Of a stretch of 50,380 bases of DNA, positions 25,926 through 36,209 are shown one piece after another. Under the pieces are notes generated by a model. It was not told where the DNA came from. It made no database searches and worked only from the letters and a program-made list of their open reading frames with translations. Each line of letters starts with the position of its first letter. Within the stretch, counting starts at the first letter, position 1. The stretch is from positions 1-50,380 of the IMG/VR virus record IMGVR_UViG_3300032360_000014; one strand, 5' to 3'. The position numbers and the translations under genes were made by a program. The DNA comes from a virus (Duplodnaviria; Caudoviricetes).

Positions 25926-25960
25926 ATTATCCCATTTTATAAAATCAAGTAAAGGTTCTT

Positions 25961-26719
25961 ATGAGCAAACCTATTATTCCTTGGATGGGCGGCAAGCGTC
26001 GTCTAGCAAAACATATCATCCCTAATCTCCCTGAGCACACCTGTTATGTTGAGCCTTTCGCCGGTGGTGCAGCAATATTCTTTATGAAACCTCAGTCTAA
26101 GGTTGAAGTGATTAACGACGTAAATAACGAGCTGATTAACTTATACAGGGTCGTACAGCATCATTTAGAAGAGTTTGTTAAGCAGTTCAAATGGTCGCTT
26201 GTTAGTCGTAAAGTTTATGAGTGGGCCAATCTCACTTCACCTGAAACGCTCACCGATATTCAACGAGCCGCACGGTTTTATTATTTACAAAAAATGGCGT
26301 TTGGCGGAAAGATAATTGGGCAAACTTTCGGTACATCAACAACTAAGCAGCCATCATTAAATCTATTAAGAATAGAAGAAGAATTAAGTGCGGCGCACCT
26401 TCGGCTGTCTCGTGCAACAATTGAGAATTTAGACTGGGTGAAGTGCATACAGAAGTATGACCGAGAGCACACATTATTCTATATTGATCCGCCTTACTTA
26501 GATACAACGGGTTACGGTGTAGAGTTTGGTATCGAGCAATATATGATCATGGCCGAGCTGATGAACTCGGTTAAAGGTAAGGTGGTACTGAGTATTAATG
26601 ACCATCCAAAGATAAGAGAAATATTCCAAGGCTTTAGGGTTACTGAGTTGCCAATCAAATACACAGTTGGCGGTGGTGCGGGTACTAAAGCGCAAGAGTT
26701 AGTTTTTTATAATTGGTGA
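25961..26719 (+). CDS. D12-class N6-adenine DNA methyltransferase
   Basis: PWMGGK, YVEPFAGG, INDVN, FYIDPPY. Confidence 0.95.
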   Translation: MSKPIIPWMGGKRRLAKHIIPNLPEHTCYVEPFAGGAAIFFMKPQSKVEVINDVNNELINLYRVVQHHLEEFVKQFKWSLVSRKVYEWANLTSPETLTDIQRAARFYYLQKMAFGGKIIGQTFGTSTTKQPSLNLLRIEEELSAAHLRLSRATIENLDWVKCIQKYDREHTLFYIDPPYLDTTGYGVEFGIEQYMIMAELMNSVKGKVVLSINDHPKIREIFQGFRVTELPIKYTVGGGAGTKAQELVFYNW

Positions 26720-26722
26720 TTT

Positions 26723-27175
26723 ATGCCAGCAGCAACACCTAAGCGATGCCGCGAACGCGGTTGTGTTAACAGAACAACAGAGCGCCATGGCTACTGCAAG
26801 CAGCACGAATCTAGGGCGGGTTGGGGTAGCTATCAGCAGCAACAAAGCCGCAAAGGTAAGCGGGTATATCAAACGAAAGAGTGGCGAACTGAGATAGCAC
26901 CACAGGTCAAAGCTGATGCTAACCATTTGTGTTTGAATTGTTTACTTGGTACTCCCTCAATTGTTAAACCTGGTACCGTGTGTGAGCACATTGTTCCGGT
27001 GTCAAAAGGTGGTACTGAGTGCCGTAAAAACCTGTCTTGTTTCTGTAAATCCTGTGCTGATTCTAAAACAGCGTGGGAGAGGAACAAAACAGTTGCCCAA
27101 ATACGTCAAAAATACGCGCATACATCAATAGAAACGTACGTTTCAGGGGGTATGGGGGTCAAATTGTCCAGATGA
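26723..27175 (+). CDS. HNH endonuclease (packaging-associated)
   Basis: CLNC, EHIVPVSKGG, NL..FCKSC, directly before terS. Confidence 0.88.
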   Translation: MPAATPKRCRERGCVNRTTERHGYCKQHESRAGWGSYQQQQSRKGKRVYQTKEWRTEIAPQVKADANHLCLNCLLGTPSIVKPGTVCEHIVPVSKGGTECRKNLSCFCKSCADSKTAWERNKTVAQIRQKYAHTSIETYVSGGMGVKLSR

Positions 27176-27225
27176 AACCACTGTTCTAAGTACCGCCATC
27201 CTCCAATATTTTTATACGCAAATAA
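27146..27225. other. Probable cos region
   Basis: GGGGGTATGGGGGTC...ACCGCCATCCTCC...TTTTTATACGC between HNH and terS, a layout typical of HK97-like cos phages. Confidence 0.5.
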
Positions 27226-27295
27226 TAAGAATCCCGTTTTGATCAGGTTGTGATCATATTCCGATCATCAAATTAACATTTGTTGCAGGTTAAAA

Positions 27296-27739
27296 ATGGC
27301 AGAAATTAGAGCGTCCGGCGGTGGTCGTCCAAAGTCAAACATGGCCGTTGGTGATCCGAACATTAAAGGCAAACCGAAATGCCCTAAAGAGCTTTTGAAC
27401 CACGACGCGCACGCCATTGATGCTTGGCACTCTAATTTAGCAATCATGTTCGAACGAAAGTCATTCTCAGCAGAGGATATACCGCACCTTATCCACTACT
27501 GCAACGCAATCAGTAAAGTGATAAAAATTGAAGCCGAACTGACCGACACATCAAAGTTTGTCGATGTGGCGGGCACTGGCGGTTTAAAAGTTCATCCGTT
27601 TGTCACTGCGCATAATATTTTCACTAACCAATCTTTAAAGCTTGCTGATCGCTTAGGTCTTACACCTATGGCGCGTGCGCGCATTATGAGTGGCGGCGGT
27701 AAAGGTAAGGATGAAGAAAACGAGTTCGACGAATTTTAA
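27296..27739 (+). CDS. terS: Terminase small subunit (P27 family)
   Basis: GGGRP, YC, KVHP, LGLTPMARARI. Confidence 0.92.
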   Translation: MAEIRASGGGRPKSNMAVGDPNIKGKPKCPKELLNHDAHAIDAWHSNLAIMFERKSFSAEDIPHLIHYCNAISKVIKIEAELTDTSKFVDVAGTGGLKVHPFVTAHNIFTNQSLKLADRLGLTPMARARIMSGGGKGKDEENEFDEF

Positions 27740-27757
27740 TTAGAGATAAGTTAATGC

Positions 27758-29503
27758 ATGTCAGCCAAGTCAACAGCATACAAAGCGCCGAATTACGAGA
27801 ACGTAAATGCGGCCAACAAATATGCGCGTGACGTATGCGCGGGCAAAATTCCAGTATGTCGTTTAACGCGCTTAGCATGTGAACGGCATCTAAACGACCT
27901 CAAGCGCGCCAAAGAAAACAAAAAGTTTGCTTATAAATTTGATAAAGACAAAGCCGAGCGCGTGTGTCGTTTCATGCAAAAGCTACCGCATACCAAAGGT
28001 GAGTGGTTAAAGAAAAAGCTAAAAATCACGCTTGAGCCATGGCAGTTATTCTTTTTTTGCTGTGTATTTGGCTGGGTAAATAAATCAGATGGCAACCGCC
28101 GTTTTAGAGAGGTTTATTTAAAAGTACCGCGTAAAAATGGTAAATCCATTATTGCGGCAGGGATTGGTTTATTTAGCTTTGTAGCTGATGGTGAATTTGG
28201 TAGCGAAATTTACTGCGGGGCGACAAACGAAAAGCAAGCATGGGAAGTGTTCAAACCCGCAAAGTTGATGGTGTCGAAACTGCCTACGCTACGCAAGCGC
28301 TTCGGCATACAAATCAACGCCAAAAAGCTGGAGCTTAACGACGGTTCAAAGTTTGAGCCGGTGATCGGTCAGCCAGGCGACGGTAGTAGCCCACATTTAG
28401 GTATCATCGACGAATATCACGAACACCCAACCAGCGATCAGTACGACACATTCGATACAGGCATGGGGTCGCGTGAGCAACCTATGATGCTAGTTATCAC
28501 CACCGCAGGGGATGACATAACAGGGCCATGTCACGACCTTGAAGAACGCTGCAAATCCATGCTCGAATCTGACGACGACGACGGCTTATTCGCACTCATT
28601 TATGGTATAGATGACGGCGACGATTGGACCGACCCCGAAATCTTAAAAAAAGCCAATCCAAATTATGGCATAAGCGTTAAAGCAACATATCTACTTGCAC
28701 AGCAACAAAAAGCCATAAAGAATCCACGCTTTGCCAACCGATTTAAAACCAAACACTTAAACATTTGGGTGAGTGCAAAAACCGCCTTTTTTAACATGGA
28801 AGATTATAAAAAGTGTGAAGATAAAAACCTCAAGCTAGAACACTTTGCAGGCAAAGACGCGGTGATCGGCCTAGACCTTGCGCGCAAGCTCGACATGAAC
28901 GCAGGGCCGCGCGTGTTTTGGCGCAACATCAAAGGCAAAGTCCACTGGTATTGTATCAGCCCGCTTTTTTGGGTGCCGTACGATCAGGTATACAGCAACC
29001 TAGACAAAAACCTGGGTGAAAAATATATCAAGTTCGCCGAGCAAGGTTTGCTCAATATTACCGACGGGTGCGAGATAGACTATCGAGAAATCAAAGCCGA
29101 TATACTCGCCGCCCGTTTAGAAACGCCGTTTCTCAGCGTACCGATAGATCCGCACGGCGCGACTAACTTAGCGCATGACTTAATAGACGAATCGCTCGAT
29201 GTCGTCACCGTCACGCAAAACTACACCAATTTATCAGATCCAATGAAAGAGCTAGAAGCCGCTATATCAAGCGGGCGCTTTCACCATGACGGCAACCCCG
29301 TCATGACATGGAACATAAGCAACGTCGTTGGCAAAAACTTACAAGGCAACGACGACGTAGTGCGGCCAATTAAACAAAAAGCCATCAACAAAATAGACGG
29401 TGCTGTGGCGCTAATAATGGCAATGGGTGAAGCCATGCTACAAATGCGAACCCCAACAGAAGACACCGAATCAGTTTACGAATCAGGAGAAGTCGGATGC
29501 TAA
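27758..29503 (+). CDS. terL: Terminase large subunit
   Basis: LEPWQ, PRKNGKS Walker A, IIDEYH Walker B, ITTAG, GLDL, KIDGAVA. Confidence 0.97.
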   Translation: MSAKSTAYKAPNYENVNAANKYARDVCAGKIPVCRLTRLACERHLNDLKRAKENKKFAYKFDKDKAERVCRFMQKLPHTKGEWLKKKLKITLEPWQLFFFCCVFGWVNKSDGNRRFREVYLKVPRKNGKSIIAAGIGLFSFVADGEFGSEIYCGATNEKQAWEVFKPAKLMVSKLPTLRKRFGIQINAKKLELNDGSKFEPVIGQPGDGSSPHLGIIDEYHEHPTSDQYDTFDTGMGSREQPMMLVITTAGDDITGPCHDLEERCKSMLESDDDDGLFALIYGIDDGDDWTDPEILKKANPNYGISVKATYLLAQQQKAIKNPRFANRFKTKHLNIWVSAKTAFFNMEDYKKCEDKNLKLEHFAGKDAVIGLDLARKLDMNAGPRVFWRNIKGKVHWYCISPLFWVPYDQVYSNLDKNLGEKYIKFAEQGLLNITDGCEIDYREIKADILAARLETPFLSVPIDPHGATNLAHDLIDESLDVVTVTQNYTNLSDPMKELEAAISSGRFHHDGNPVMTWNISNVVGKNLQGNDDVVRPIKQKAINKIDGAVALIMAMGEAMLQMRTPTEDTESVYESGEVGC

Positions 29504-29679
29504 AAGACATATTCAGCATGATCATAGGCTGGTTAGGCTTAGCTGTTTTATTTTATGGCGCATGGCTATTTAGCCCCGCGCTGGGCTTTTGTGTGCTAGG
29601 TGCGGCACTCATTGCCTATTCGTACCTATTCGCACGTTTTAACGCCTACGCGAAACAGCCAGCTAAAAGGGTCGAGTAG
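29497..29679 (+). CDS. Small two-TM protein between terL and portal
   Basis: Two hydrophobic helices; common position in HK97-like phages. Confidence 0.75.
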   Translation: MLKDIFSMIIGWLGLAVLFYGAWLFSPALGFCVLGAALIAYSYLFARFNAYAKQPAKRVE

Positions 29680-29681
29680 CC

Positions 29682-30944
29682 ATGTTTACAACAGGTTTTT
29701 TTAGTACCAACACAACCAACACGACCATAGGCGAACATTGGCCCATAGGTGGCAGCTCAGCGCGTGGTAGTCAGTCAGGTATTATTGTCACGCCAGAAAC
29801 AGCCAAGGCAAACAGCGCAGTTTATCGTTGTGTTACTTTGCTGGCCGAATCCGTCGCCAGTATGCCGTGCGAATTGTTTATGCGCGAAGGTGAGCACAGA
29901 GTAAAAGCTAAAGGCCACTCGCTTTACAGTGTGCTTAGATACCAACCAAACAAAAAAGACACCGCCTTTGAATACTTTGAAACAGGCCAAGGTTTTTTAG
30001 GTACCAACGGCAATCACATTGCGCTTATTCAGCGCAATAAACAAATGCAGGTTGAAGAACTGATCCCCATACATCCTGACAAAGTACGGGTGCTAAAAGG
30101 CAGTGACGGTTTACCTTATTATCATTTACCGAGCGAAAATAAAACGCTTAGTATGGACGACGTACACCATGTAAAAGGCCCATCAACTGATGGCTTCTTA
30201 GGGTGTTCACCGCTGCAAATTGCCGCCGATACAGTCGGCCTTACATTGGCAACTGAAAAACATGCTGCTTATAGCTTCAATAACAACACGGTTTTAACTG
30301 GCGTTATCGAGCGCCCAAAAGAAGCCGAAAAGCTCACCACACAAAACGCAGTTGATAATATTGTCAATTCATTTGCCGAACGGCATTCAGGCTGGCGCAA
30401 TATGTTTAAAGTCGCCCTGTTACAAGAGGGCATGACCTACAAACAAGCCGCTATGACCAACGAGCAAGCACAGCTAATAGAAGCGCGGCGCATGGGCATT
30501 GCCGACATAGCAAGGCTGTACGGCATACCGCTTAACATGTTGCAAGAAACTGCAGGCGAGTCGTATAAATCGCTAGAGCAAAACACCCTCAACTTTTTAG
30601 TGTTTGCATTATTACCGTGGATCAAGCGCTGGGAAAGCGCCATGCACCGCGACTTACTACTTATGAGCGAACGCGCCGACTACTTCATAGAGTTTAACTT
30701 AAGCGCCTTAATGCGCGGCGACTTAAAAAGCCGTTACGAATCCTATGCATTAGGCCGTCAGTGGGGCTTTTTATCGGTTAACGACATACGCCGCCTAGAG
30801 AATTTACCGCCACTGGGTCCAGAGGGCGACATTTACCTGTCACCGCTCAACATGGTCGACAGCAAAAACGCCGAAATTAACCAGCAGTTAAACACCGCGT
30901 CAGCAAAGCAAATAGAAGAGATCAAAGCAATATGTCAGCGATAA
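29682..30944 (+). CDS. Portal protein (HK97 family)
   Basis: SAVYRCV, PN, GCSP, IARLYGIP, SVNDIRRLENLPP. Confidence 0.95.
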   Translation: MFTTGFFSTNTTNTTIGEHWPIGGSSARGSQSGIIVTPETAKANSAVYRCVTLLAESVASMPCELFMREGEHRVKAKGHSLYSVLRYQPNKKDTAFEYFETGQGFLGTNGNHIALIQRNKQMQVEELIPIHPDKVRVLKGSDGLPYYHLPSENKTLSMDDVHHVKGPSTDGFLGCSPLQIAADTVGLTLATEKHAAYSFNNNTVLTGVIERPKEAEKLTTQNAVDNIVNSFAERHSGWRNMFKVALLQEGMTYKQAAMTNEQAQLIEARRMGIADIARLYGIPLNMLQETAGESYKSLEQNTLNFLVFALLPWIKRWESAMHRDLLLMSERADYFIEFNLSALMRGDLKSRYESYALGRQWGFLSVNDIRRLENLPPLGPEGDIYLSPLNMVDSKNAEINQQLNTASAKQIEEIKAICQR

Positions 30945-31840
30945 ATTACCCACACATTGCCGCAATGGCGTTTAACACCCCATTGCTCGCAACCGGCACA
31001 CTGGCGCAAACCGTCAGTGAGTTTTTACATAAGCGTTTACTGGGCAGTGCCGAGCTCACGACCCAGCCGAGCATGGCCGCTAAAAAAACCAAAGAGTATG
31101 TGGTCGGCGACCCAGAGCAAGGCGACAAAGTAGCGGTTATAGCCGTGCATGGTTTGTTGGTCCCGCGCATGGGGTATATAGATAGCGGCTGCGAAGAAGT
31201 CATGAGCTACGAACGATTACAAAGTCAAATCAACACCGCGCTCAAAGACGACAGCGTACAAGAGATCGTACTCGATATAAATTCAGGCGGCGGCAGCGCC
31301 CAAGGCGGGTTTGAGTGTGCCGACTTCATCAAACAAGCAAAAAGCAAAAAGCCCATACGCGCCATCGTCAACATGAACGCCTACAGCGGTGCGTACCTTA
31401 TTGCCTGTGCCTGTACTGAAATCATCATTTCTAAAACAGCAGGGGTCGGCTCAATTGGCGTGTACTTAAAACGTCTTGATCTCACCGAGCATTACGAGCA
31501 GCAAGGTGCAAAAATTCACACCTTTTTTCGCGGCGCTACTAAAGTCGACTTTCACCCCGACATGGCACTAAGCGACGCCGAAACCGCCCGCATAAATACC
31601 AGCATCGACGAAACCTATCAAATGTTTGTCGACTACGTGGCCGACAACCGCAATTTAAGCGCCGACAAGGTAAAAGCCACACAAGCCGACACCTACTTAG
31701 GCCAAAAGGCCATCGACTTAGGTTTAGCTGATCGCCTTGCCACCCCGCAAGACGCCATCAACAGCATTGTTGGCAACATTGCACAGCAAGCCAGCAACCA
31801 GCGCATGATTGCACAAGCCAGCGCCTTACAATCACTTTAA
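30932..31840 (+). CDS. S49 family head maturation protease
   Basis: LDINSGGG, AYSGAY, VGSIGV, GLAD. Confidence 0.92.
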   Translation: MSAINYPHIAAMAFNTPLLATGTLAQTVSEFLHKRLLGSAELTTQPSMAAKKTKEYVVGDPEQGDKVAVIAVHGLLVPRMGYIDSGCEEVMSYERLQSQINTALKDDSVQEIVLDINSGGGSAQGGFECADFIKQAKSKKPIRAIVNMNAYSGAYLIACACTEIIISKTAGVGSIGVYLKRLDLTEHYEQQGAKIHTFFRGATKVDFHPDMALSDAETARINTSIDETYQMFVDYVADNRNLSADKVKATQADTYLGQKAIDLGLADRLATPQDAINSIVGNIAQQASNQRMIAQASALQSL

Positions 31841-31914
31841 AACTAAAATGAATGCAATTAAGAATCAAAATAAAATTATTTTAGAACTATTTTAAAATCA
31901 AAAACCCAGTCTTA

Positions 31915-31940
31915 AAGGTCGCCGTGTGCGGCCTTTTTTT
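31915..31940 (+). terminator. Intrinsic terminator before the capsid gene
   Basis: AAGGTCGC-cgtgt-GCGGCCTTTTTTT. Confidence 0.6.
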
Positions 31941-31962
31941 ATGTCAAAACAAAGGTAAAGCC

Positions 31963-33270
31963 ATGTTTAAACTATCTGACCTTAAAGCCGCGCACAACAC
32001 CAAAGTTGAGCGTGTAAAGCAGCTTGCAAGCAAGCTAGAAACCGACGGCCAGCTAAGCGCCGACGACGAAAAAGAGTTTGCACAACTGCAAACCGAAATC
32101 ACCGAGCTAAAAGGCAAAATCACCAGCCTTGAATACGCACAAGGCTTGGCGATTGCAGAAGCAACAGACGTTACAGCACCAGCAGGTCAAGGCGCGCCAT
32201 CAGTGCATGTTAAAAAAGCACCAAAAGACTATCCGGGCTCTAAAATCGCCCGTTTCGGCATGGCAATCGCCGCAGGTAAAGGCGATTTAAACCTAGCTGA
32301 AAAGTTTGCACTAAACGAAATCGGCGACAAAGACGTCGCAATGGCCGTATCAACTGCCGAGGGATCGGGCGGTGCATTAGTGCCAGAAGCGCTAAGCAGC
32401 GACTTCATTGAGCAATTACGACCTAAAACCGTCGTGCGTGCCCTTGGCGCACAATCAGCACCGTTAGTGAATGGTACTTTAACCATGCCACGCCATACAG
32501 GCGGCGCAACTTCTGGCTATAAGGGCGAGAACGAATCACGCAACGCTGAAACGCAAACCACCGATGACGTAAAACTGTCAGCAAAAACGCAAATGACCAT
32601 AGTGCCAATTTCAAACGAATTGATTGGTTATGCAGGTTTTGATGTAGAGAAAATTTTCTTAAACGATATGCTGCAAGCCACAGCAACACGTCAAGATAAA
32701 GCGTTTTTGCGTGACGACGGCACCAACAACACACCAACGGGTATGCGTCCAACGGCACAGGCTAATGGCCGCGCTGTGCCATTCACCGGTGATATGTCAG
32801 ATCCGTCGCAAGTTGCCTACATTGTCGATAAATACCTAGACAGCCTAATTCTAGCGCTTGAAAACGCCGACAGCGCCATGGTGCGTTGTGGTTGGGCGCT
32901 ATCGCCACGCACTGCCATGTTTTTATATGGTTTGCGCGATGGTAATGGCAACAAAATTTACCCTGAAATGGCGCAAGGCACATTAAAAGGTTATCCGTTT
33001 GGTAAAACCACCAATATACCAAGCAACCTTGTTAATGACTCTGATACGGGCCTTTCAGAGATTTACTTTGCTGACTTTAACGATGTGATCATTGGTGAAA
33101 CCAACAACATGACCATCGACTTTAGCCGCGAAGCAACTTACAAAGACCGTAACGGCCAACTGGTATCTGCTTTCTCTAGCAACCAATCTGTTTTACGTGT
33201 TGTGACGGCCAATGATATTGGATTCCGCCATTTAGAAGGGCTTGTTGTGGGTACTAACATCAAGTTCTAA
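31963..33270 (+). CDS. Major capsid protein (HK97 fold, N-terminal delta domain)
   Basis: Coiled-coil N-terminus, GGALVP, ISNEL, DKAFL..DG, FADF; ATG 31963 with AAGG RBS. Confidence 0.95.
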   Translation: MFKLSDLKAAHNTKVERVKQLASKLETDGQLSADDEKEFAQLQTEITELKGKITSLEYAQGLAIAEATDVTAPAGQGAPSVHVKKAPKDYPGSKIARFGMAIAAGKGDLNLAEKFALNEIGDKDVAMAVSTAEGSGGALVPEALSSDFIEQLRPKTVVRALGAQSAPLVNGTLTMPRHTGGATSGYKGENESRNAETQTTDDVKLSAKTQMTIVPISNELIGYAGFDVEKIFLNDMLQATATRQDKAFLRDDGTNNTPTGMRPTAQANGRAVPFTGDMSDPSQVAYIVDKYLDSLILALENADSAMVRCGWALSPRTAMFLYGLRDGNGNKIYPEMAQGTLKGYPFGKTTNIPSNLVNDSDTGLSEIYFADFNDVIIGETNNMTIDFSREATYKDRNGQLVSAFSSNQSVLRVVTANDIGFRHLEGLVVGTNIKF

Positions 33271-33281
33271 TTCTGCCAGTT

Positions 33282-33313
33282 CGCCAAGGTGTAGTTTTGC
33301 CTTGGCGCTTTTT
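33282..33313 (+). terminator. Terminator after the capsid gene
   Basis: CGCCAAGG...CCTTGGCG plus T run. Confidence 0.75.
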
Positions 33314-33328
33314 ATTTAGGGTAATGCT

Positions 33329-33778
33329 ATGAGCATCGAATTATTAAAAGACAGCTTGGTTGAGCCAAGTTTTGAACAGGTAGAGCAGTCAGGGGTTGAT
33401 TTAAGCCAATGTCCTGAAGCCATCCTATTTTTTGTCGCCGCACTAGCGGTGGCAAAACCAGTAGAAAAGCCAAAAGTCGACGACTTAGAAGTGCTGGTGT
33501 TTGCTGACGACGGTCAAACGAAAAAGCGAAAGCCAAGCGCCAAAGAGCGCGACGACGCCTTTGCTTTTTATCAATCTCTAACAACGGTAGCAGACCTCGT
33601 AAGCGCAACCGAAGCCGAGCAAACGCTAAGCTTTATCGATGGCGAAGAGGTATTTTTAGACTTTTCAGCACCGCATGGTCGATATGCAAAAGGTGACAAG
33701 GCGTGTTTTAATGGCAAAGATGCAACGCGCATTTTAGCGTTTCAACCACCCGTTGCTAAGCAATACACCCCTGAATAA
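33329..33778 (+). CDS. Hypothetical head-region protein
   Basis: Located between capsid and connector; followed by a terminator at about 33796-33818. Confidence 0.75.
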   Translation: MSIELLKDSLVEPSFEQVEQSGVDLSQCPEAILFFVAALAVAKPVEKPKVDDLEVLVFADDGQTKKRKPSAKERDDAFAFYQSLTTVADLVSATEAEQTLSFIDGEEVFLDFSAPHGRYAKGDKACFNGKDATRILAFQPPVAKQYTPE

Positions 33779-33840
33779 ACCAATCGAGTAAACCTAAGCC
33801 GCCGCGTGCGGCTTTTTTATGCTTTAAAAAAGAGGCGACC

Positions 33841-34179
33841 ATGCTGATCTCACTCGACCGCGCCAAGCAGCAACTTGTCATTGACGACGACTTAGACAAC
33901 GACAAAATCAGCGCTTTAATACCGCAAGCCATTGGCCTTGTCATTGCCGACCTTGGACGTGACATATATCACACGGCCAGCGAAGTACCCGACACCGCCG
34001 AAGCGCCGATCATCTTAGACACATTAAGCGTTTATCAGCGCGCCAATTTAGAAACCGCCGCGCTATTGCAGCTCAGTTCGCTTTGGCAAACCACCGAGGC
34101 CGACAGCCACAAGGTGAGCAATGCAACGCTCGCGTATAAAACGGCCATTAAGCCATTTATTCGTGTGTTTGTGGGGTAA
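33841..34179 (+). CDS. Head-tail connector (HK97 gp6-like)
   Basis: ISLDRAKQQL..DDD.D...I, AALL..LW; position. Confidence 0.85.
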   Translation: MLISLDRAKQQLVIDDDLDNDKISALIPQAIGLVIADLGRDIYHTASEVPDTAEAPIILDTLSVYQRANLETAALLQLSSLWQTTEADSHKVSNATLAYKTAIKPFIRVFVG

Positions 34180-34185
34180 CTAACT

Positions 34186-34509
34186 ATGCGATTAAAACCC
34201 AGTGAAAAACGCCATCGCGGTATTTTGTATAAAACAATAAAAGTGCAAGGGGAGTTTGGCGACCGCAGCGAGCTTAAGCAAGTTGCAACCGTACGCGGCA
34301 GTTTTAAAAAGCGTCGTGGCGGGCTGGTTAATCATGAAACATTAGAAATAACCACCGCCTTGGCCAGCTTTGCCCTTGATCACCGCCCCGAGTATAGCAA
34401 GGGTATTGAGTGCATCGAAATCGACGGCCAAAAATACCAGGTAAACGACGTGACCAATGTTGATTTACTTAACCGAACCTTGATTTTTGACTTGGAATCA
34501 AACACATGA
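34186..34509 (+). CDS. Head closure protein
   Basis: RHR, IDGQKYQV..V; position. Confidence 0.75.
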   Translation: MRLKPSEKRHRGILYKTIKVQGEFGDRSELKQVATVRGSFKKRRGGLVNHETLEITTALASFALDHRPEYSKGIECIEIDGQKYQVNDVTNVDLLNRTLIFDLESNT

Positions 34510-35048
34510 TCAACGCCGAGGTAGAAGGGTTTAAAGCATTAGAGGCATCGTTAAATAAGCTTGAAAGCAGTCTTGCGCCTAAAGTCCTGCGGGCTTCGCT
34601 GAGAAAAGGCGGAGAGCTTGTAAAAGACAAAATGCAACAAGGCGCAAGGCAAAGTTTTGAAACGCAAACGGGCGTGTTAGCCGAATCAATTAAAGTAAAA
34701 ACCACCTTAAACAAACGGCAAAACCATAAATTATTTGATGCTGCCGTATACGTCGGGGTTTATAACGTCAAAGCATTACAGCGCGCCGCAGGTCGTGATA
34801 TACCCGCGAATTTAATCGCCTACTGGATAGAAACAGGGGTAAAACCGCATGATTTAAATGCCAAGTCAAAACGTAGCCGTGGCAAAGTGGGAGAGGGAGT
34901 AAACAACTTTCACCCAGGCTTTGCGGCGCAACCTTTTATTCGCCCTGCGCTGTTAAATCACACTAACCAAGTTATTGATGTCACGCGGGCTGAGCTTAAA
35001 AAGCAAGTAAACCGCGCAATAAAAAAAGCCAATGGTAAAAAGAGGTAA
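34506..35048 (+). CDS. HK97 gp10-like tail-completion protein
   Basis: TGVLAESI, WIETG, AQPFIRPA. Confidence 0.88.
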   Translation: MINAEVEGFKALEASLNKLESSLAPKVLRASLRKGGELVKDKMQQGARQSFETQTGVLAESIKVKTTLNKRQNHKLFDAAVYVGVYNVKALQRAAGRDIPANLIAYWIETGVKPHDLNAKSKRSRGKVGEGVNNFHPGFAAQPFIRPALLNHTNQVIDVTRAELKKQVNRAIKKANGKKR

Positions 35049-35050
35049 GT

Positions 35051-35428
35051 ATGCTCGAAAGTGCTTTAACAGCGCTATTACGTCATGATGATATTGCAAG
35101 CCATCACCGCGGCATATGGCCCAACGAAATCCCCAGCGGCAGTGAACTCCCCGCACTCAGTTATAAGGTGATCACTGACCGACCAATTAACACAATAGAT
35201 CAAACAGGGCCACGCCAAGCCACGGTACAAGTTAATTGCGTGGCAAGTGACTTGCAAAGCGCGCAAAACTTAGCCGTGGTCGTGCGTAACACTTTGCCCA
35301 CTCAGCGCGGCACAGTGGCAACTCTCAGCATTAAAAGCATTGTTGAGAGTAGCACTTTGCCGAGCGTCGATAGTGACAGCAATACACACCATCGCATGCA
35401 AGACTTTACCATTCATTATTCAGAATAG
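35051..35428 (+). CDS. Tail terminator (DUF3168-like)
   Basis: LPALSY, VQVNC, DF.I.Y; position. Confidence 0.8.
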   Translation: MLESALTALLRHDDIASHHRGIWPNEIPSGSELPALSYKVITDRPINTIDQTGPRQATVQVNCVASDLQSAQNLAVVVRNTLPTQRGTVATLSIKSIVESSTLPSVDSDSNTHHRMQDFTIHYSE

Positions 35429-35436
35429 AGGTTTTT

Positions 35437-35853
35437 ATGATTTTTCCAGAAGGTACACAGTTATTTATTGCCGATGCCACAGGAGATGCGGCGACCCTCA
35501 TTGAGGTGCAAGGGTTCTCAGAAATCGGTGATATAGGCCTAGCCACTGAACTAATAGACGTCACGGTCATATCCGATAAAAGCCCAAAATCACGAGCCAG
35601 CAACCGTAAAACCGACACAAACCGAGACCTAATTTGTCGGTATGAGCCTGATGATCAGGGGCAGGTGCATATTATGGCAGCGTGTAATGCGAAAGAGGTA
35701 AGAAAGTGCGAGATAAGATTACCTGATATTGCAAAGCCTTGGGCTTTTTCGGCATATTTCGGCGGTTTCAACCACAGCAAATTAGAAGAACAAAAATCAC
35801 TCACCTTGGTTGCAAAAATCAATATAGAAGAAGAAACAGGAGTATTAAGCTAA
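35437..35853 (+). CDS. Tail tube protein
   Basis: GTQL, IDVT, P.DQGQ, F.AY; position. Confidence 0.8.
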   Translation: MIFPEGTQLFIADATGDAATLIEVQGFSEIGDIGLATELIDVTVISDKSPKSRASNRKTDTNRDLICRYEPDDQGQVHIMAACNAKEVRKCEIRLPDIAKPWAFSAYFGGFNHSKLEEQKSLTLVAKINIEEETGVLS

Positions 35854-36209
35854 TGAGCGCAGCATTTGATAAAAAAGCCCTTTTTAAAGCCATAGGCATT
35901 GGCGTAAACAAACCCGTCACAATTGACGGGTTTGGCACTGTCTTTGTAAAGCCGTTAACTTTAAAAGAACAAGAAGAGTTTGAGGGCAGTTTAATTGACG
36001 ACCAGGGCAACCCGCGAGAGGGGGTAAGTGTCATGAGTTCTTTATTAATCAAAGTGGTCGTTGATGAGCATGGCAATCATGTGTTTGATAAAAGTGACAT
36101 CCCCACACTTGATGCCAGCCAAGCAGGCCCGCTTAAACATGTGTTTAATGTCGCCCAAAGTATGAATCTCTTTAGCTCAGAAGATGTTGAGCGCGCCGAA
36201 AAAAACTAA
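35853..36209 (+). CDS. Tail assembly chaperone (G-like)
   Basis: TAATG overlap and AGGAG RBS give start MSAAF; ends AEKN on a slippery site. Confidence 0.85.
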   Translation: MSAAFDKKALFKAIGIGVNKPVTIDGFGTVFVKPLTLKEQEEFEGSLIDDQGNPREGVSVMSSLLIKVVVDEHGNHVFDKSDIPTLDASQAGPLKHVFNVAQSMNLFSSEDVERAEKN

